Of a stretch of 64,000 bases of DNA, positions 56,277-64,000 are shown piece by piece (the first letter of the stretch is position 1; each line of letters starts with the position of its first letter). The position numbers were made by a program, and so were the translations under genes. Under the pieces are notes generated by a model, which worked only from the letters and a program-made list of their open reading frames with translations, was not told where the DNA came from and ran no database searches. Source of the DNA: Schmidtea polychroa (lineage: Eukaryota); assembly GCA_044892525.1 (NCBI GenBank), contig CM097885.1, positions 50,284,001-50,348,000 on the forward strand, written 5' to 3'.

Positions 56277-56569
56277 CGTGAATTATGATTAAAATGCAAT
56301 GGTACAGGGTTTTTATACCTTCAAAATAAATGGAACAACCAATCAGATTAAAGTTTAAATTGCATCAATGTTGCACATGCTTTGCATTTGTATTGCACAT
56401 GTCTTTGTTTAAATTGCATCAATGTTGCACATGGTTTTCATTAATGTGTCTTTGTTTAAATTGCATTAATGTTGCACATGTATGATTATTATTATTATTA
56501 TTAATTTTGGTCATCTATATAAAAAAAACAGAATACATAAAAAATATTTATTAATTTAAATCAACAATC

Positions 56570-56935
56570 CTAGAATAAGTTTCTAAGTGTTTTTACTAAA
56601 TTCCATTCTACATATCGCTGATAACGACCAACTGCATCCAATGATACATGGATATTCCATTTCTTTCTGCATTCTGTCGATCTACTCATTGGAATTGATT
56701 CAATATATTTAACATCCAGATTCTTGTATACCAAATCTGGTATAATCTCTGGATCCCTGTCCTTCATTCAATTGAGGATAGAAATACTTGAGGCAATCAT
56801 TTGGAATATTCATCTATAAAATATATAAAAAATATATATAAATTAAAAATTTACCGTAATTATCGATCTCAGACATTGATTTTGCCGCGCTAGTATTAAT
56901 GACATCTAAACAGTTAATATTATTATTATTAACCA
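56570..56935 (-). pseudogene. Maverick ORF of unknown function, probably spliced and disrupted
   Basis: Coding-like 65-aa ORF plus an upstream ATG segment and a short GT-AG intron (~56815-56854). The frame could not be cleanly joined. Confidence 0.35.
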
Positions 56936-56951
56936 TTTAGAAATTAACCAA

Positions 56952-57389
56952 TTAGAAATCGACCAATGAATTTAACTCATTCCGAACATTGTTAACAAAT
57001 TCCCTATAGTCTAAATTTCTCAACCCAAGCATGACAACCTTTCCACTTTAAAACACATTGACACATATAGGGTTATATTTTAATAGTCTTAGTGCCGGAA
57101 ACAATTCCGGTTCAAACATACAATCACATTTTCTCGATATTTTGTATAAATTGATAGTATGTCCCATATCCATAGTAACGGTAATTGATTGAATTTTAAT
57201 ATTATTGATTCGATATTGTAATTTATTAATATCCAAAGGTTCCTTACATCCCATAATTCTGCATTTGCCAGTCTTGAAAAATATTATCGGATATTTCCCG
57301 CTTCTATCGACAATTTGCTGTGGTTTTCCTGGTGGGAACCTCATTTTTGAAACATCAAAATTTCCTCGATAATTTATATTTGCAAGCAT
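56952..57389 (-). pseudogene. TATA-binding-protein-like gene (145 codons) with one premature TAA at 57048-57050
   Basis: Two TBP repeats: ANINY..IIFFKTGKCRIMGCK and IKIQSIT..INL..FEPELFPALRL..VNVF*SGKVVMLG (TBP: YEPELFPGLIY..LIFVSGKVVLTG). Confidence 0.85.
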
Positions 57390-57497
57390 AATTAAATCAT
57401 TTATGAAATTTTACTCTTTATATACAATTTTAGCAAGAGTTCATTAAAATCATCTAATATAAACAATAACTAGATATTTTAAAATTAAAAATAAAAA

Positions 57498-58121
57498 ATG
57501 CAATTAAGAAATGATGCAGTATACCAAATCGTTGGTCCGAGTGGTAGCGGGAAAACATTGTTTGTTTGTAAATTATTACAATCAAAATTATTCAAGTCAA
57601 AATTTAATAAAATTTATTGGCATAGGGGAGCTGATGATGAAAGCGGAATGACACAAGATCAGTTTTGTAAAATCAAAATGACAATCATAAAAGGGTTCGA
57701 TAAAAACTGGTCATCTAGATTACGACAGGGTGATGTGATTATTATTGATGATTTATATCAAGAAGCAAATAAAGAAAAGGATTTTAATAATTTGTTTACA
57801 AAAATTAGTAGACATAAAGGTGTCACTGTAATTTTTATCACTCAAAATCTTTTTCATCAAGGTGGATCTCATCGAACTCGTAATTTGAATGTTCAATATT
57901 TAGTTGTTTTCAAAAATCCGAAAGATGCTACAGTGATTGACTTTCTTGCAAGGCAAGCATATCCAAATAATCGAAATTTCTTAATGAATGCATTTGCCGA
58001 TGCAAAAAAATCCCCACATGGATATATTTTTCTAGATTTTACACAACAGTGTCCTGATGAATTACGAGTAAGAACAGATATATTTAACAAGGAAGGAGCT
58101 ATAGTATATAAACAAAGATAA
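57498..58121 (+). CDS. A32-like (FtsK-HerA) genome packaging ATPase of Maverick/Polinton type
   Basis: Walker A GPSGSGKT, Walker B VIIIDD, LFTKISRH, VIFITQNLF, YLVVFKNP, HGYIFLD, LRVRT. Confidence 0.95.
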   Translation: MQLRNDAVYQIVGPSGSGKTLFVCKLLQSKLFKSKFNKIYWHRGADDESGMTQDQFCKIKMTIIKGFDKNWSSRLRQGDVIIIDDLYQEANKEKDFNNLFTKISRHKGVTVIFITQNLFHQGGSHRTRNLNVQYLVVFKNPKDATVIDFLARQAYPNNRNFLMNAFADAKKSPHGYIFLDFTQQCPDELRVRTDIFNKEGAIVYKQR

Positions 58122-58142
58122 AACCAAAATAAATTATCAATC

Positions 58143-58533
58143 ATGTTACTAAAAACTCGTGTAAAGACAAAACCTACAAGAAGGAAACCTGCAAAAGTGG
58201 TTAAGATTCCACCAAAAACTAGTTTCACACCATCGAAAAAATTGCTTATTGATAATATTCCACCGAGTGATCGTATTCCACCAAGTAATCATATTCCGCC
58301 GAGTAATTCTCATCGTAGTTTTCCGTTTTTCATTGCATTACTTAAGGCTCCCAGTATGAGAAGAATGAATATTTTACAGTCTTTTCCAAATTATGTTATT
58401 GATGATTTACTTGCTATTTTAATTAAAGTTGTTAAAGGTAAATTCCGTATAAGTACATCAAATAAAAAGATTTTGAACAGACACAAGAAACCATTATTAT
58501 CATTAGTAAATACTAAAAATAAAAAACGTATGC
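58143..58533 (+). pseudogene. Small basic Maverick protein downstream of the ATPase, truncated by insertion
   Basis: LLKA...R..IL......ID.L..I...V.KG......K..L..HK..L..L pattern. The ORF ends 5 nt inside the inserted terminus. Confidence 0.6.
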
Positions 58534-58654
58534 AGTAGATGGATTGGGCACCGCTGGCACAGGGCACCGCTAGCACAGTACCCCCCCTCCCCCTCCATCC
58601 ACCCCGTCGGTAAGATTTTCAAAAATATTCTAAGTCTAAAAGTACTTTTTTTTT

Positions 58655-59330
58655 CAAGGTCAAATTTAAACAAAGACATATGACTCATCAAGGTCATTGA
58701 AACAAAGACCATGAGTCATCCTATGACTCATCAAATTTTTCAAGGTCATTTAAACAAAGACCATGACTCATCCTATGACTCACCAAGGTCATTGAAACAA
58801 AGACCATGACTCATAGTATGACTCATATGACCTTGAAAATTTTTTAAGGTCATATGACTCATAGTATGACTCATCAAGGCCATTTTCAAGGTCATATGAC
58901 TCATAGTATGACTCATTTGTCCTTGAAAAATTTTTTTCAAGGTCATATGACTCATAATATGACTCATCAAGGTCATTTTCAAGGTTATATGACTTATAGT
59001 ATGACTCATTTGCCCTTGAAAAATTTTTTTCAAGGTCATATGACTCATCCTATGACTCATCAAGGTCATTTTCAAGGGCATATGACTCATAGTATGACTC
59101 ATTTGACCTTGAAAAATTTTCCCAAGGTCATATGACTCATCCTATGACTCATCAAGGTCATTCTCAAGGTCGTATGACTCATCCGATGACTCATCAAAAT
59201 TTTCAAGGTCATTTTCAAGGTCATCTGACTCATCATATGACTCATCAAGGTCATTTTCAGGGTCACGTGACTCATCCAAGGTCATTCTAAATGTCATATG
59301 AGTCATCGCGATGACTCATCAAGGTCATAT
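58655..59330. repeat. Tandem array of ATGACTCAT and TCAAGGTCA motifs
   Basis: Repeating ATGACTCAT-nn-TATGACTCAT-CAAGGTCA-TTTTCAAGGTCA units. Confidence 0.9.
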
Positions 59331-59483
59331 TATTATTTTTAAAAAATATTATTATTTTTATTATTATTTTTAAAAATATTATTATTTTATTTTTAATTTT
59401 TTCAAAGTTCCCGCCAACGAAAATTAATAAGCGATAGCTCATTTTAAAGCTCAATCCAAGACCTTTCGAATCAGCCATATATC

Positions 59484-59867
<384 letters not shown>

Positions 59868-60029
59868 GTATTATTAGTATTATTAGTATTATTAGTATTA
59901 TTCTATATACTCCGAGTCTATCCGACAAAAATATTCTGTCCCCCTATGGGTAATGCTCACAAGGGTACTGCTCACGCTCAATAACTCGCATTTGATTATT
60001 TTATTTTTTCAAATTGATATTATTATTAT

Positions 60030-61720
60030 TTTTTTCAAGGTCATATTATTATTTTTCAAAATATTATTATTTTCAAGGTCATATTATTATTTTTCAAAAT
60101 ATTATTATTTTCAAGGTCATATTATTATTTTTCAAAATATTATTATTTTCAAGGTCATATTATTATTTTTCAAAATATTATTATTTTCAAGGTCATATTA
60201 TTATTTTTCAAAATATTATTATTTTCAAGGTCATTTATTTTTTCAAGGTCATATTATTATTTTTCAAAATATTATTATTTTCAAGGTCATATTATTATTT
60301 TTCAAAATATTATTATTTTCAAGGTCATATTATTATTTTTCAAAATATTATTATTTTCAAGGTCATATTATTATTTTTCAAAATATTATTATTTTCAAGG
60401 TCATATTATTATTTTTCAAAATATTATTATTTTCAAGGTCATATTATTATTTTTCAAAATATTATTATTTTCAAGGTCATATTATTATTTTTCAAAATAT
60501 TATTATTTTCAAGGTCATATTATTATTTTTCAAAATATTAATAATTTCAAGGTCATATTATTATTTTTCAAAATATTATTATTTTCAAGGTCATATTATT
60601 ATTTTTCAAAATATTATTATTTTCAAGGTCATATTATTATTTTTCAAAATATTATTATTTTCAAGGTCATATTATTATTTTTCAAAATATTATTATTTTC
60701 AAGGTCATATTATTATTTTTCAAAATATTATTATTTTCAAGGTCATATTATTATTTTTCAAAATATTATTATTTTCAAGGTCATATTATTATTTTTCAAA
60801 ATATTATTATTTTCAAGGTCATATTATTATTTTTCAAAATATTATTATTTTCAAGGTCATATTATTATTTTTCAAAATTATATTATTTTCAAGGTCATAT
60901 TATTATTTTTCAAAATATTATTATTTTCAAGGTCATATTATTATTTTTCAAAATATTATTATTTTCAAGGTCATATTATTATTTTTCAAAATTATATTAT
61001 TTTCAAGGTCATATTATTATTTTTCAAAATATTATTATTTTCAAGGTCATATTATTATTTTTCAAAATATTATTATTTTCAAGGTCATATTATTATTTTT
61101 CAAAATATTATTATTTTCAAGGTCATATTATTATTTTTCAAAATTATATTATTTTCAAGGTCATATTATTATTTTTCAAAATATTATTATTTTCAAGGTC
61201 ATATTATTATTTTTCAAAATATTATTATTTTCAAGGTCATATTATTATTTTTCAAAATATTATTATTTTCAAGGTCATATTATTATTTTTCAAAATATTA
61301 TTATTTTCAAGGTCATATTATTATTTTTCAAAATTATATTATTTTCAAGGTCATATTATTATTTTTCAAAATATTATTAATTTCAAGGTCATATTAATAT
61401 TTTCCAGGTCATATTATTATTTTTCAAAATATTATTATTTTCAAGGTCATATTATTATTTTTCAAAATATTATTATTTTCAAGGTCATATTATTATTTTT
61501 CAAAATATTATTATTTTCAAGGTCATATTATTATTTTTCAAAATATTATTATTTTCAAGGTCATATTATTATTTTTCAAAATATTATTATTTTCAAGGTC
61601 ATATTATTATTTTTCAAAATATTATTATTTTCAAGGTCATATTATTATTTTCAAGGTCATATTATTATTTTTCAAAATATTATTAATTTCAAGGTCATAA
61701 TATTATTTTCAAGGTCATAT
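60030..61720 (+). repeat. 38-bp minisatellite, about 44 copies, one TCAAGGTCA per unit
   Basis: Unit TTTCAAGGTCATATTATTATTTTTCAAAATATTATTAT; period 38 (e.g. 60074, 60112). Confidence 0.95.
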
Positions 61721-61724
61721 TATT

Positions 61725-62800
61725 TTTGTTTTAATTATCGATTATTTAATAATTTAATTTTGTTTAAATCGTTGATTATACAATAATATTTTTATTTTTT
61801 ATTTTAATTGTCAATTATGTAATAATTAAATTTTGTTTAAATCGTTGATTATATGATAATATTTTTTTTGTTTTAATTATCAATTATGTAATAATTAAAT
61901 TTTGTTTAAATTTTTGATTATATGATAATATTTTTATTTTTGTTTTAATTATCGATTACTTAATAATTTAATATTGTTTAAATCGTTAATTATATAATAA
62001 TATTTTTTTTGTTTATTATTAATTATGTAATAATTTTATTTTTTTAAATTGTTGATTAAATGATAATATTTTTGTTTTTGTTTTAATTATCGATTACTTA
62101 ATAATTTAATATTGTTTAAATGGTTAATTATATAATAATATTTTTTGTTTTAATTATCAATTACGTAATAATTTAATTTTGTTTAAATTGTTGATTTTAT
62201 GATAATATTTTTATTTTTGTTTTAATTATCGATTACTTAATAATTTTATATTGTTTAAATGGTTAAATATATAATTATATTTTTTTTGTTTTAATTATCA
62301 ATTACGTAATAATTTAATTTTGTTTAAATTGTTGATTTTATGATAATATTTTTATTTTTGTTTAAATTATCGATTATTTTTCAAAATATTATTATTTCAA
62401 GGTCATATTATTATTTTATTTTAGTTTTGTTTAAATCGTTGATTATATGATAATATTTTTATTTTGGTTTTAATTATCGATTACTTAATAATTTTTTATT
62501 TTTTTTTAATTATCGATTACTTAATAATTTAATATTGTTTAAATCGTTAATTATATAATAATATTTTTTTGTTTTAATTATCAATTATGTAATAATTTAA
62601 TTTTGTTTAAATTGTTGATTGTATGATAGTATTTTTATTTTTGTTTTAATTATCGATTACTTAATACCTTAATTTTGTTTAAATCGTTGATTATGCAATA
62701 ATAATTTTTGTTTAAATTATCAATTATGTAATAATTTAATTTTGTTTAAATCGTTGATTATATTATTTTTTTTGGTTTAATTATCGATTACGCAATAATT
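61725..62800 (+). repeat. Degenerate ~70-bp tandem repeat, about 15 copies
   Basis: TTTTAATTATCGATTA...TTGTTTAAATCGTTGATTA recurs every 69-73 bp. Confidence 0.8.
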
Positions 62801-62888
62801 TAATTTATCATTATTATTGGGAAAGATATTAATGCCCGCGCGGAAGATGTTATTTTCAAAATTATTATTTTCAAAGTTTTAATCAATA

Positions 62889-62992
<104 letters not shown>

Positions 62993-63483
62993 TCCAAAGT
63001 TATTTTGAAAGTTATTATGAAAATTCTTCTTCTTCTTATTATTATTATAATTTGCAAATATTCATAAAACCTAATTTCTACGTCCATTTCATGCTTTTCA
63101 GCATTTTCATGATTATTTCAGGAACATTTTCATCAAATATTTTTCAAAGTATTATTTTCAAAGAATTATTTTCAAAGAATTATTATTATTATTTTTTATT
63201 ATTATTATTTTTATTATTATTTGCAAAGTTCTAATTATTATTTTAATTTAGAAGTTTCATTATTATTATTTACTTAAATATTCATAAAACTTAATTTCTA
63301 CGTCAATTACATGATTTTCAACATTTTCATCATTTGCATGATTATTTTAATAATTTTCTACATTTTCAATATTTTCACGATTTTCAACATTTTCATGATT
63401 ATTTCAGGAACTTTTCATCGAATATTTTTCAAAGTATTATTTTCAAAGATTTATTTTCAAATTATTTTCAAAGTTTTTATCAA

Positions 63484-63568
<85 letters not shown>

Positions 63569-63760
63569 GGTAAAGAAAAATCTAAAATATGGTTTACACG
63601 CACAACCCATCAACCATTATTATTATTATTATCAATATTAAAAACATAAAATATTTTTACACACACACACAACCCATTAACAATTATTATCAATATTAGT
63701 GAAAACCTAAAATATTTTCTACACACATATACAACCCTTTGAACTTTATTATTATTATTA

Positions 63761-63804
<44 letters not shown>

Positions 63805-64000
63805 ATTAGTCAAAAACTTAAAATAATTTTTACACACTAAGTTATGGGGTAGAGAATTATTATATGTTTGCAGTATTCTGTGTTTGCCTTTACAGGAAAT
63901 TGTCAATAAGGAGTGATAATTTTATACATACATTCTATATACACATACCTTTTTAAAATGGATGTATATACTCCTAGTCTATCCGACAAGATATTCTGTC

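Noticed and set aside
55869..57389. Alternative genetic code explaining in-frame stops
   Set aside because: Three different stop codons are involved and neighbouring genes end normally in TAA. Decay is simpler.
58773..59135. MSH/MTH-repeat ORFs
   Set aside because: By-product of the palindromic ATGACTCAT array; open on both strands with no coding signature.
60030..61720. CRISPR-like array, or the 475-aa ORF 59953-61380
   Set aside because: Units are contiguous with no unique spacers and no cas genes. The ORF is just the translated minisatellite.

Overview
AT-rich eukaryotic DNA, probably an invertebrate animal: 40-60 nt GT-AG introns and many (ATT)n/(TA)n tracts. A planarian-type genome would fit, but the species cannot be fixed from sequence. 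Host genes: an intronless secreted ACE/peptidase M2 (15459-17348, -) and a ~30 kb multi-exon LRRIQ1-like gene (~20040-49793, -) whose introns hold hAT, Merlin, piggyBac, pogo, Stowaway-like and Helitron remnants. Other elements: a decayed Gypsy-like LTR element (gag, two ubiquitin-like domains, env-like remnant, no pol) and an intact DD34E Tc1/IS630 transposon. The main signal is a Maverick/Polinton-type endogenous virus family seen in three forms. (1) A coding copy from 52766 whose A32-type packaging ATPase sits beside a TATA-binding-protein-like gene, a spliced Bcl-2-like gene and other accessory ORFs. (2) A 7.5 kb non-autonomous derivative (5209-12726) with ~1.9 kb TIRs, a perfect 6-bp TSD, and scraps of the same genes plus an IAP-type RING. 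(3) A related copy inserted into the coding copy at 58534. The termini carry dense arrays of TCAAGGTCA (NR5A/ERR-type) motifs, plus TGACTCA (AP-1-type) motifs in copies 1 and 3. All family assignments are from motifs read by eye; no database search was run.
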